Origin: Daphnia carinata
Taxonomy: Eukaryota
Assembly (NCBI RefSeq): GCF_022539665.2
Contig: NC_081332.1
Location: 2,914,001 to 2,978,000 of the forward strand
Direction of reading: 5' to 3'
DNA: 64,000 bases
Position 1 is the first letter of the stretch, and each line of letters starts with the position of its first letter. The position numbers were made by a program, and so were the translations under genes. Below, piece after piece: positions 13,582 to 25,049 of the stretch. Below the pieces are notes generated by a model. It saw only the letters and a program-made list of their open reading frames with translations. It did not search any database and was not told the origin of the DNA.

Positions 13582-14649
13582 GAAAAAAGAAATAATAATA
13601 AATAAATGAAATTTTGTTTTAAATAGTACATGATCAGTTTACATTTTATTGAATATTTACCGTATTCCAAGTTAGGTACCTCTTACTGGACCTTAGTATT
13701 CTAATAAGGGCGAACTATAATAATAACATTTGCTGAAAGAAAATGTGAACGTGACCATGTTTTCCACAGATGCTTAGAATATTTACAGAAGACTCAGGGC
13801 ACTGAACTAGCTCGCGCACATTCACACACATACACCGCTCACATTCGACAGACCAGAAGGAAAGAAAATAAACAAAAATTTTGATGCGCTCTTCTTGTTC
13901 AAGTCTAGGAAAATGGGGAGGAACAGAAAAAAAATTTAATAGCATAACGAATCTTCTGAATCAAGGATTTCTTCCAGCAACTGGGACAAGTTTTGAAATA
14001 AACACTTTGGACACCTTTAGTTACTTTCCAAACCCAATTAACCAAGAAGTGCTTTATTCTGATATGGGTTTCAGACGAGCCAGAAATTTGAATCGCTACT
14101 GAAGGGGGAAATAAACAGACGAGAATCCTGATAATTACGGGAAACTTATGCAAGAGAAAGAAAAATAGTGTAACAAAAAATACCATCTTCTTAATAATCG
14201 AAAGCAAGAGATTAGCCACGTACACTGGCAGATATGACAAAGAAGAAACTAAAAAAATTTGCCTTATTCTAGGAGAAAATATACACATAATACCCGAAAC
14301 ACAAACGCGCGCAAACACACACAAAAAAAATCAAAATCTTCCGTATCACAAGAAAAACTAGGTTGCTTTTTTTGTTGTGTGTTTTTTAAACTCAACTCGG
14401 CTACAACCCGACTTTCAGAGAATTACTTGCTAATATTGTAAATACATTTCAAGGCTCAAAGGTACGAACACCCGATTTGAATCATTATCAAGTTCGATTT
14501 TGCGTGCAGGTTTCGTGACGATGTTTCCAATCTATTTAGGAACTGAGGTTTCCTTCATTTGGAAACTCACGCTCTTTAGCAAATAGACTGGAATTCGACT
14601 TCTCAAACTTTAACTTGGTATTTAACGTCTTAAAAACTTGCCGTTACGT

Positions 14650-17600
14650 CTAGTGCGACATGGGCGAAGTGTGCAAACGTTCCAACTCTTCCAGGCTGAG
14701 AATTTTCTGATTCGGCATTGGTGGCAGTGTCGGCATTTGTCCAGAACCGGCTTGAGAAAGAATCTCTGGAGGGAACCAACGGGATAATGGGTTGCCTCCT
14801 TGCAACATATTGGGGCTTCTGTTACCGCCAAATGCTTGTTGTTGCAGTGCAGCTAGTGCATTCAGACTTTGCGCTGAACCTGTTTAATCAATAACGTATA
14901 TTATTAAACTTTTCTTTCTTTTAACTTGGAGGGATGAGTAGCAAAATTTTTGGACAAACTTGTGCTTACTTCTTATGTTTGAAGAAGCGGGAGACACTCC
15001 ATAAAACTGGTTGGAAGAACCCATATTGTTCGGTAAACGGCTCTGACCAGTTTGAAGACTCGCTTGATTAGCCAAATACGGCGAGTATCCTAATGACACA
15101 TTTACAAATTTATTCCATTGGTCGGGATAAATATAGATTATGAGAAATAAGAAAATATATATATGTATATACCTGAGATAGGAGGAATCATTGGCTGTGG
15201 ATGAATGGGTCTAAAATGAGTTCGGTTGCCAACTGGAACATTATTAGGAATGCCGCGATTTTGCAACGCCATATTTGTTTGGAGACCACCAGCATATGCC
15301 AACAGAGACTGCTGTAAAGGCGAAGTTCTCTGTTGCTGTTGTTGCTGCTGGAGGATTTGTTGTTTGAGCTGTTGCTGGGTCTGAGTTGCAGAGGCAGCTA
15401 CAGCTGCGGCTAGAAGTTGATGCTGCTGCTGTTGTTCTAACATTTTGACCGCCACACCAGTGATGGCGGCATTCGATGCAGAAGCCAATCCAAATGGTCT
15501 ATTACCCACTTGTTGTGGCTGCTGTTGGAATGGAAGTATGCCTTCTTGTCCTTTGACAAGCGGACGTCCGGTTAAAAGCTGTTGCTGCTGCGGGGCCGCG
15601 GACTGCTAGTTCAACATAAATACGGTATTGACTATCAATAGCAATCAACAAATTTTCCCAACTAGAAATTCACTTACCATGTCATTCATTCTCATTTGGC
15701 TGCTGACACGTGAAGCACCTTGTACTTGGCTGGCGGTTCTCCCGGTTAGACGGTTCGATGTCGCCGAGCTTTGGTTAGTTGGAGGAGATGAATTAGTTGC
15801 TATTCCCGCATCTACTCCATCACCTTTATCCTATTGAAGGAGAGAGGGCGGTTTTCGTGTACATTTACAAAAAAAATAAAAATTCAAAAAAAAGTGCAAC
15901 TAATTAATATCTCACCAACGATGCCACCTTTGCTTTGTCTTTTTCGGCTCCCATTTTACGCATAACCGCAGTGGGTGTAAACGATAAGGGGCTTGACGAA
16001 GAAGCAGACTGTTTCGCAGTGGACTGTTGTGGACTACCGACAAAGGCCTGACGCTGCTGCTGCTGCTGCTGCTGGTGATGCTGCTGCTGTTGTTGTTGCT
16101 GTTGTTGTTGCTGTTGTTGTTGCTGCTGCTGCTGCATCGCCATTAAATGCAAATGATTTACAGTCTAAAAATACAGTAAAAGGATGATTCTATATTGTTT
16201 TCGTTTAGATTTGACTGGGTGAGCGTACCTGAGGATGTCCGTTGGTCAAATCTCGCATCAATGCGTGAATATCGGAATGCTGTTGTTCATTGTGCATCGA
16301 GAAAGGATGGTGTGACTGCGGCTGCTGCTGGTGGAGATTATTATGAAGCTGTTGCTGATTTTGGTGTTGCATTTGATTTAAAAGGGGCTGCTTATTCTGA
16401 TGATGCATCTGGTTGTGCTGTTGCTGCTGCAAAAATTTAGCCAATGCATCCGGATGCGATTGTTGAGCGTGATGTTGAACTGAAAGTAATAGGATAATCA
16501 AGGAGCTGATAAAGGAAAACAACAAAAATTAAACGCTGTAATTACCAGATTGGGGCAGCTGTGCGTCAATCTTCATTTGTTTACCAAGCAAATTGGCAAG
16601 AATATCTTGTTCTGTGGGCGCGCTATTCATGACGGAATGCGGCTTTGATGTAGTCTCTTGCACTTGAGCTAGAAGCTTGTTGAAGACCGTCATACCATCG
16701 TCATCACTGTTGGAATATTTTCCTAAAAAGAAACGTAAATTACTGCACCGCCACATCGACAATGGAAAATATAGAACATTAACACCTACCACTAGTGCGT
16801 TCCAATTCTTCAGCTGTGACTATCTTTTTATGTTCCGGTTGTTGCTGACTTCCTTTCTGTAGCATTTCCAACAGGGAACGCGCGGCCTCTTGATTCGAAG
16901 AAAGATCTGCCTTTGGATTTTCGGATGCTACAGGCTTACTAGCATCTGGCAAATCAGAGGCTTTGCCAAACCAACGACTCGCTTTAGATCCACGTGACGT
17001 TTCATCGCTTTCAGTAGATCCTAAACCGAGTCCATTAAGATCACCATCCATTTTTAAGAAATCTTCAATGTTAAAATCCATTTTATCTTGATTTGTTGAG
17101 CTTTTTTTCCTGTGTATAAATTAATAGTCTAAGTAAAAATAAGGTTTTGGCAAATACGGCTACTACCTACCCGGGAATTTCGGTTTTTGGAGGTTGATCT
17201 TCCTTGGTAATCTTTCCCGATAGCGCGCTCCCCGGGCGAGAAGAACTACTTGTCGGTTCCTCAGCTTTTTTCGCAGCAGTGACTTGTTGGCGTTCTTTGA
17301 CGGGTTCTTTTTTGGCCGAGGCTTTTGCATTTTGTTTCCTATCTTTTTCTTCGTCGAAACCTCGCAATTCGATTGTATCATGTTGAGACGATGGTCCTCC
17401 AAAAAACCATTCCGGAGTGTCATCCTCATTTTTCCGACGCGACTAAATGGATAAATTAAACAGGCATCATAAACGAAATTCATTTGAACCAAATAACAAC
17501 TCACATTGTAGCGATCTCCGCGATCTCCACGATCACCACGGCCGCTATAGTCACGCTCATAGCCTGAACGATCAAAGTTGCGACGTTCCTTTTCGGACGG

Positions 17601-18509
17601 CTCTTTATCCCGAGGATCGGGTCGGGATGGTTGAAATGTCCGCCCATTTCTTTCGGATCTTTCGTTTCTCTCGCTCCGATCGTGGCGATCATTTCTTTCG
17701 CTTCCACGTTCATTCCGCTGGGGTTCTCTATCGAAAGTCCGTTCTCGTTGTGGGGCTGGAGCTCGAAGAGGTTCCCGTCGATCACGGGAATCCTTAACAG
17801 GGACAGGTTCTGCATCTCGACCTGTCAAGCGACCACTTCCCACTCGGCGTGCAGGCAAAGTTGATTCTCGGGCACTGCAATTACGGTATAACTAATGACT
17901 GCTTATTTAAACCAATGAAAGTTGTATACCTTTCAGCAACACCAGGAGGTACAGTAGGTTCGGCCTCTTGCCGACGTGATGGTACTACGTGGCAACCGCT
18001 GACGAAACTACGGCGCTGTGGCGTGAAACAAAATTCGTCTCCTTCATCCTTTCCTCTCTTCTAAAAAGAAAAATTATCATATATTTTTTTTTTACTTTAA
18101 TTTTGTAATAATTGGAGAACAGGGTTTTTTGGCAGTTCCATACATATAATGATACTACAGTTCCAAAACTTCATAAAATTACCTTATCCTGTTGATCTTC
18201 CTTGTTACCAGCTCCGGTGGCAGGACCTGCGTTGGATCTTTTAGGATCCTTAGCAGTTCTGCTATGCCAATGTTCTGGATCCCACATTCCATTCTTTACA
18301 CGATCTTGATCATCAAATATCGATGGCTTCTCCTTTGAACTAGGATGGTTCCTAAGTTTGATCAACATGTCTCTTGAGTAGAAGAGTTTCGGCAGGACTT
18401 TTGACGGAACTTGTTGTTTTCCATCATGGCCACCTTTGCAAGACATAATCTTTTGACTGACATCATTGCCATTCAGGTTTTCTACACTTTCCATGATGAT
18501 ATCTTCCAT
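14650..18509 (-). CDS. EIF4ENIF1: eIF4E transporter (4E-T / EIF4ENIF1 family)
   Basis: Canonical eIF4E-binding YxxxxLphi motif YSRDMLI followed by WDPEHWH. Also QRRSFVSGCHV (Cup-homology-like), RRVGSGRL, DTPEWFFGGPSSQHDTIELRGFDE, SRWF motifs and C-terminal LSLEELER. Multi-exon, Q-rich. Stop TAG at 14650-14652. Confidence 0.9.
16054..16134 (-). repeat. CAG/CAA polyglutamine tract within 4E-T
   Basis: (ctg/ttg)n on + strand, encoding about Q18-HH-Q7. Confidence 0.95.
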
Positions 18510-19050
18510 GCTTATTGGGTTACAAAAAGATTCTCAAATATAAGAGCTAAAATTGATAAACAGTTCAAAAAGAACAATGAATCAGAGACCAGTTGAGTTT
18601 TGAAACAATCTTGAACAATAGGCTTCACAGTTTTTAGATGGACTACTGGGGATAAACCTGAAAATTAGAAATTAAATCATTTGAATAAACCCAGTAATTA
18701 ATAATATAAGCTAAACGGTAAGTAGCTACCGAAAACTAACTTCGTGAAGTCTAATTTTACTACAACTGGCATCAAACTTGCTATGCCACGCACATTGCCG
18801 AGAGTTTGCAACATGCAGCAAGCAGTCTGCCTGCAAGCCCACACTTTTCTCCCTTGAGGGATCTCGAATACTTGACCATACTTCGCAAGACAAATTTTTA
18901 CAAATTTTTTGTCTTTATTTAAATCTTAGATGTGTTAATAAAGAATAAAACTTACACAAGTTGGACAAACGGGTAAATATACCACTAGACGGGAAAGAAC
19001 GCACAAAGGGTACAGATTACAACAACACACTTTCATGCAAAGTTGTCAGT

Positions 19051-19062
19051 GCGCCACCTATA
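19051..19062 (-). promoter_or_regulatory. CTCF-like motif near the 4E-T transcription start
   Basis: TATAGGTGGCGC on - strand matches the AGRTGGCGC core of the animal CTCF motif. Motif match only. Confidence 0.35.
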
Positions 19063-19853
19063 GCAAGCATTTTCAGGTGGTACTATGACGTTGATCTCTG
19101 AATGGGGTTTGGCAACCATAATGGCAGAATTAAAATTAAATTGTCTGAGTTCAAGTCACTAACGTTTTGGATTTCATTTTCAACTATTAGGACACAATTC
19201 TTGTGGTAATACACCAGCAAGAACAAACACCTCTTGATAATCATTCGGGCATGGTCGTCGACAGGCAGCGCACGGTCAAACATTGAGTTTACAAATAAAA
19301 ACACCAAATTGAATTGTTTGTTGTCTTTAGATAACTGAATGACAGATCCAAAAAAAATCCTCTAGACACTAATTTGTCTACTTACTTCAATTGTATTCAT
19401 TGAAACTATTTAAAACCAAAATGGCATACTTTGCTATACATAAAATGAAAAAGGTTATGACGAAAAAGAAATACGAATACGACGATGAAACTTTTACGCA
19501 ATCAATGGATCAATTCATTTGGCAGTGGAAATTAGCATTTTAGTTTTACGAAATCTCATTATAAAAAAACACGAACCTGGCAGACGAATTTAAAGCGACG
19601 CAGCTTTCAACTCTGGTTATGTCGATTCGCGTACTTGAACGTGAACACAAGCAATCGGTTTACATGTTGTCAAATAATAGTAGTACATTCCAACGCTAAT
19701 GACAAAAAAAAGGCAATGATATATTTGTACAAAGTGTGTAGGGATGTTCCTCTTTAAATCAACACTAGAGAACTTGAGGAGAAAACTAAAAGGGGGCGGT
19801 CCTTTGAGAATTGTTGGAACTTGAATTACTGCACCACAACACTTGGTCGAATT

Positions 19854-21306
19854 TTAAGATGCAAGCCATGGATGATATTTCAGCGAAACTCTACTGCGAT
19901 CTCCATAGTCGTATAATAATTCCTCTCCTGGAAGTATGTCACAACGGGCAACCAAAAGTAAATGCGGTCTATCTTTGATTTCAATAACTTTTGGCATTAA
20001 ATTGCCAGCGGATCGACTGTGATTGACGAGGCGACCGAGACGATGAGATTCCGAAGTAGCGTCGACACTGATCAATAAAGCTACATGAAATTTGTGTTGC
20101 AGAAAATGTTTTTAAATGAACCTACCAGTATGACTGATTTTTATGTTGAAAATAGTACATGTAACATCCCGTGTTTTGGTCTGCAGCGTAGAGTTTCTCT
20201 CTTTCGCGTGCTTCTGCCATTTCAATGAGATCTCCAGAATATTCAACTACGAATTCACCTCTTCGAAACAACCGAGTCGCTACTATTCCACGCCCTTTTC
20301 CTGGGAAGTTGTGGACCTTTAAGGGGGAAAAAAGTCGAAATTATCGAAACAGAATGGTAAACTACTTCCATAGAGGATACATACTTGGAGTCCCTCTTCT
20401 TTCCCCGATAAGACAGACTCTTCTAGATTTCTTTGTTTTTCTTCCAAAATAGCTGTCTTGGGCTTGCGAACGCTCCGCCGGACAGCGAAGTATTCTGTGA
20501 GCTTGTGATTTTGAGGCGCATCCTGATTGAGGCTTTGATTTACGTTCAGTTTGCGCTTAGCTTTCATAGCTTTGACTTTTGGTTCTTTAACTAATTGGTC
20601 AATAGCAATTTCTTCTTTCAAAATTTTTTCAGAAACCCCATGAGATTCAATAACCAATTGTTGTGTTTCTTCTTTCAAAAGGATTTTATGAGGAGAACTA
20701 TTGGCATCAGCTTTTTCTGGACCTGAATAAAGATATTTCCATGAAATTCCATAAAAAAGTAAGGGGATGCTTTAAATAGAAACCAAATAAGGTCAGAGAG
20801 AAGATTAAACTGATCTTGTCTGATCAAAAGATAAAATCTAATATCAGATCATTCAAACATTTTGTCATCATAAAACTAAGGAGATAACTTAACATAAAAA
20901 CAACTCACGTTTTGGTTTTCCAAAGACACGTTGGAGTGCTAAAGATTTGGCTACCTGCCCAACTTCTTTTTCAATCTCAGCGTGTTCTCCTTTTGAAGCT
21001 TCTTCCAGTTTGACTGTGGTAAAATAAACCGTGATTTTTTTGTCTCGAGAGCTTGAATCCTGAATTGGGCTTGTATGTGAAAGTTTTCCCCGAAAAGAGT
21101 TTTTTGTTTTGTTTGCTAATGTTTCTTTTGGGATAGCCACATCCTGCTGAGGAACACTTGTTTCACTTGCTTGCTGATTATTGCTTTCAACTGAAGCAGC
21201 TGGCTTCCTACCACGCTTGGTAGTGGTTGAACCTGGAAATAAACACAATTTTTTAATGTGCTAATTAAAATAGCAGTTGGAATTTGCCATTACCTCGCTT
21301 CACCAT
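19854..21306 (-). CDS. KMT5A: Histone H4K20 monomethyltransferase PR-Set7/SET8
   Basis: SET domain GKGRGIVATRLFRRGEFVVEYSGDLI...GCYMYYF...CVDATSESHRLGRLVNHSR...ELLYDYGDRSRVSLKYHPWL. PIP-degron NHKLTEYFAVRRSVRK. ATG 21306 in a short first coding exon (MVKR|gt). Confidence 0.95.
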
Positions 21307-21961
21307 AGTGAAATAAGATTGAACCAGGCAAGCTTCAGAATTTGAGACCATATATAGGCAGACTAGATTTCAACGACCAATACTTGTTCGTATTTTCGTC
21401 GTTATCTTAATCCTACCAATCGAGAAAACAAAAACAGATTGGATGAATTCGCTGCTAATCCCGCGAAACCTCATCTGTCACACCAGCCTCTTGACAGTAC
21501 TCCAAAGGAAGCTTTGGTGCTCCACAAGTAAAATAACTATATTGCTAAAATTTTTTGTTCTAACTAGTTCATTTTGGAAACAAAACACGACCTGTACAAC
21601 CACTGAATATATGAGGTCTTACAATACCCTTGAAATCTCTCATTCAAAAATTAAAAGAAACGTTGCCGTAAATTAGCCCTCCATTTTCTAAAACCCCTCA
21701 AACACAAGCAAATGCTTAGTGATAAACTGATGATGCGTTGTCTCGCTCGTCACAAATTTCAAAGTAATGGCAAAGGGAATTATGAAATTTTGAATTACGT
21801 CCTCGCTGGTTCCTTACATGAAATAATAATAAACTCTATGTTTTTCGAAAAATGAAATTAGATTAAAATATCGCAAAATTTCAAACCTTATGTTGGCCTT
21901 GCCTAAAAACCGTTGAGTCCGAGCAGTCGGTTTTTGAACCTCTACATATGGTGCGATCATA

Positions 21962-21996
21962 TATCGATATCTTGCAAAGAGGCGGGAAATTTTGAA
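21962..21996 (+). promoter_or_regulatory. DRE (TATCGATA) plus E2F/CHR-like element upstream of PR-Set7
   Basis: TATCGATA at 21962-21969; GGCGGGAAATTTTGAA at 21981-21996; further TTTCGCGG (- strand) at ~21462-21469. Motif match only. Confidence 0.35.
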
Positions 21997-22064
21997 ACTT
22001 GTTTTTCTAAGAGATAAAATAGTATTTTAAATTTTTGTTTCATTAACATTTATTAACATCATAA

Positions 22065-23388
22065 TCAGGAAATGGCTGATACGTTACACACACTTTTCTC
22101 AAGTGTTTCTTTAAATTTTAAATTAGCCATAATTGAATGAACTATGCTACTAGGATTGTTGACGATATTCGCAACGAGTAATAATGTTTCTTTACAAATC
22201 GGCTCGTAGGAAGAATTCAGTAGCTGTAAAATTATCGAACAAAAGTCCTTTTCGTTCAATAAAATAATGACGTAATCACTACTGGCAGCACTGACATTTC
22301 CCAGAAAGCGAATGATGGGAATCAAGATAGAGACTTCTCTTTCTTGTAACAATTGTTGGCGAAGTTGGCAAAGAGACCAAAATATCACACTACTAACTAA
22401 TACCGTGGTATCACAGCAAGGGAAGAATGAGAGCAAGTAATTCAACCAGCATAGTGATTGCACATCCACATCATTTGAATGGTGAAGTTTTTCGATTTGC
22501 GTTGAAATTTTAATCAAATCGGTATCCCTAAGGAAAGGATAACGGTTATGTAAAATAAGCCAAGAAGTTTAATTAATTTTAACTCACAGCAATGAACTTG
22601 TTGATACCAATTGAACTAGACACTGTACTGCAGAAGTGCGAACGTTTTCATGTGGCGAATCAAGCAAAGTCAACACCTTGTCCACGAAGCCTTGTGAACA
22701 CAGAATGTTCTTGCCCTGTGGTAACATATTTCCCAGAGCTATGCAAAAAAAAATAAAAAACTAAAGTAAAATATTCCTCGTTACAATAATGATACGAAAA
22801 GCAATACCCCAGCAACAAGCTTCTTGTAAGGAAGAATTTCCGCAGCCGAGCAAAGTAATCAAGTAAGCGCCAGCAGCAGACGACAGTTGGCTCACAGTTT
22901 TATTTTCATCCTCCCAAGCAGCCGCATTGGCAATGCAATAAGCAGCTTCTAATTGTAAGCCCGAATCACCACCTAGTGGAAAAACAATTTTTTTTTCATA
23001 CTGTTTTACGACAAGGAGATTTAGAACTCAATACGACAGAAAACGCACGACACGTAAAATGACTGAATCATAGATCTATACCAGTTAAAAAAGTGCAAAG
23101 GCCTTGAATAGACCCATCAATGCCACAGAATATGATTGCGTTTTGCTCCTTTTCCATTAACGCCTGACTGAGTTCGGCGAGAAATTCTTTGTTAACATCT
23201 TTTTTTTTCCTCAACGTAGTAGCCATCGAATGGAGACTTGACGGCGAATACGTACGGGGCTGCAATTGTTCGAGCCCGCTCCGTTGTATTGTCGTTACTT
23301 GAAAGCGTTTTTCTCTTCGTATCCTGCCAAATTGTAGGCGATTATCTTCTCGAATGCTTTTTACGGTACTCGCTGATTCACAACTCAT
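22065..23388 (-). CDS. TMCO6: TMCO6-like importin-alpha-related ARM-repeat protein
   Basis: Exons 23388-23082, 22972-22808, 22738-22588, 22527-22065. IBB-like basic N-terminus (IRREKRFQ..QR). ARM repeats LQLEAAYCIANAA, AYLITLLGCGNSSLQEACCWALGNM, IPIIRFLGNV, CKETLLLVANI. AATAAA ~10 nt after the stop (22049-22054). Confidence 0.7.
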
Positions 23389-24241
23389 TTTTTAAATAAA
23401 TATTTTTGTACAAGTGATCAAGTTCAATACATCTATGGTTTTCTTCTTCAAATTCCACAGCACCTAAAATCAATTTCAATGTGATATAATTAATTATTAA
23501 ATTATAACAAACAAAAGATAATTACGTATAGTATTGGCAAAAATTTTCCACTCTTCCTTGTAGAAACTTAATTTTCCTTGCACATGTAATGTGTCCCCTA
23601 TTGTATATTCACTCTTTTCTTTTTCCAATATGGTAAGCAGATTTTCTAAACCATCATCCTCTTGATTACAAATTAGCTGCAAAAGAATTTGAAAAAGAAT
23701 CAATATTGATGAGGAAAATATTTAGAAGGTAGGTGGTAGGCACCTACCATAATAGAAGAATCATTTTTAAGTGACGCTCTAAGTTCTTCAATTCTTTCAA
23801 GTTCGGCAGTGTTTTTTATTACATGACACGAGATGACACCAGAACCATCATCCACTGTAAATGTATAAAACAAAATATAAATACATAGTATTGCATAAAA
23901 ACGAAATGCTAATTAAAGAAAACAATTTAAAATAATTAATCAAAAACAAATTTTAGGGGCTTACAAACATAGACGTCAGCTTTTCCGGATGACAATTTGT
24001 CGATCACGGTCCCAAGGACGTCAACGTATGCCACAACTTTTTGTCCAAATATCGCAGTTTTATTGTCAGAAATGTTTTGCTTTAAATTCTTTACACTTCC
24101 TATCCACAGTTTTAAGTGATAAGCGGCTATTGATGATGACTGTTGTGATTTTAATTTTGTTTCAGACCTATCCCAAAATTCTCTATCTTCAAATTTGTCG
24201 TCCATCAGTACTGGTAGTCTGCTGCTGCTGATTTGCCACAT
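23378..24241 (-). CDS. STN1: CST complex subunit STN1 homologue, OB-fold only (~206 aa)
   Basis: Exons 24241-23965, 23854-23748, 23676-23526, 23463-23378. Sequence HLKLWIGSV...VAYVDVLGTVI...LDDGSGVISC...IGDTLHVQGKLSFYKEEWKI...RCIELDHLYKNIY parallels human STN1 as recalled (FAKLYIRDI...QVDVLGTVI...VDDSTGVINC...IGDTIRVRGSIRTYREEREI...RMLELPTIYRKVY). Confidence 0.8.
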
Positions 24242-24967
24242 TGCTTGAATTTCGACTTGAGTAACGATTTTAACTTTTACATTATTTTTTAAAATTTAAC
24301 TTGAATGATCAAACAATCAGATAACTAGATGTAAAAACTGAAATCAATAGCATTTTCAATCAATGCTGATCATTTCTGGAAAACAGGCTAATTTCCATTT
24401 TATTGCACAAATTTTTTCATACCCTAGATTCCTAGTTATGGTTCTTCATTAATGAGTAATGAGTAATGACTAATTGAGTGATTATTACTTTACGTACAGG
24501 ATCCAGGTCCAAACTCCATTACTTTATTACTGCATCACCAAACACATGACAATGTTGCAGTTTCTCTACTAGGGTGAATAGCAGACCCGCTGCTATTGCT
24601 ACTGCTTTTTGCTTTTTTAACAGACATAAAATAGCGGTTCGAGGAATATCGTCTAACAACAGGTGAAATTACTTCTTACCTGCAAAGTTGCTTGCTTGCT
24701 CCAAACCACGAGGAGTTAATTTTCAAAGCAAACAAGTTCATACTGCCCTCACCCGTCATTGCTCCATTGTGAGAAGTAGTGTACAGTTACTCTATGCCAG
24801 GTCTTGTTCCATTTTTACTCCTGCTCGAATACCTTATGCATTTCACAAGTTTGTTGAATTGCGTCATAAGGTAATCACACGATGGTATTTTCCGCATTGA
24901 CTTGGGAGACTGAAATCAACTGGTGGAAAAAAATCCGTCAGTATATTGAGGATGCGAGAACAACTAA

Positions 24968-24998
<31 letters not shown>

Positions 24999-25049
24999 GT
25001 TTTTTTTGTCGTTACTTAGAGAGGAAATTGCAGGGGACTAAGAATCAAA

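Noticed and set aside
23390..23463. Calicivirus-type TURBS or -1 frameshift at the STN1/TMCO6 junction
   Set aside because: No UGGGA motif (only UGGAA). The U UUA AAA heptamer shifted -1 meets TGA at once; TMCO6 is in the +1 frame.
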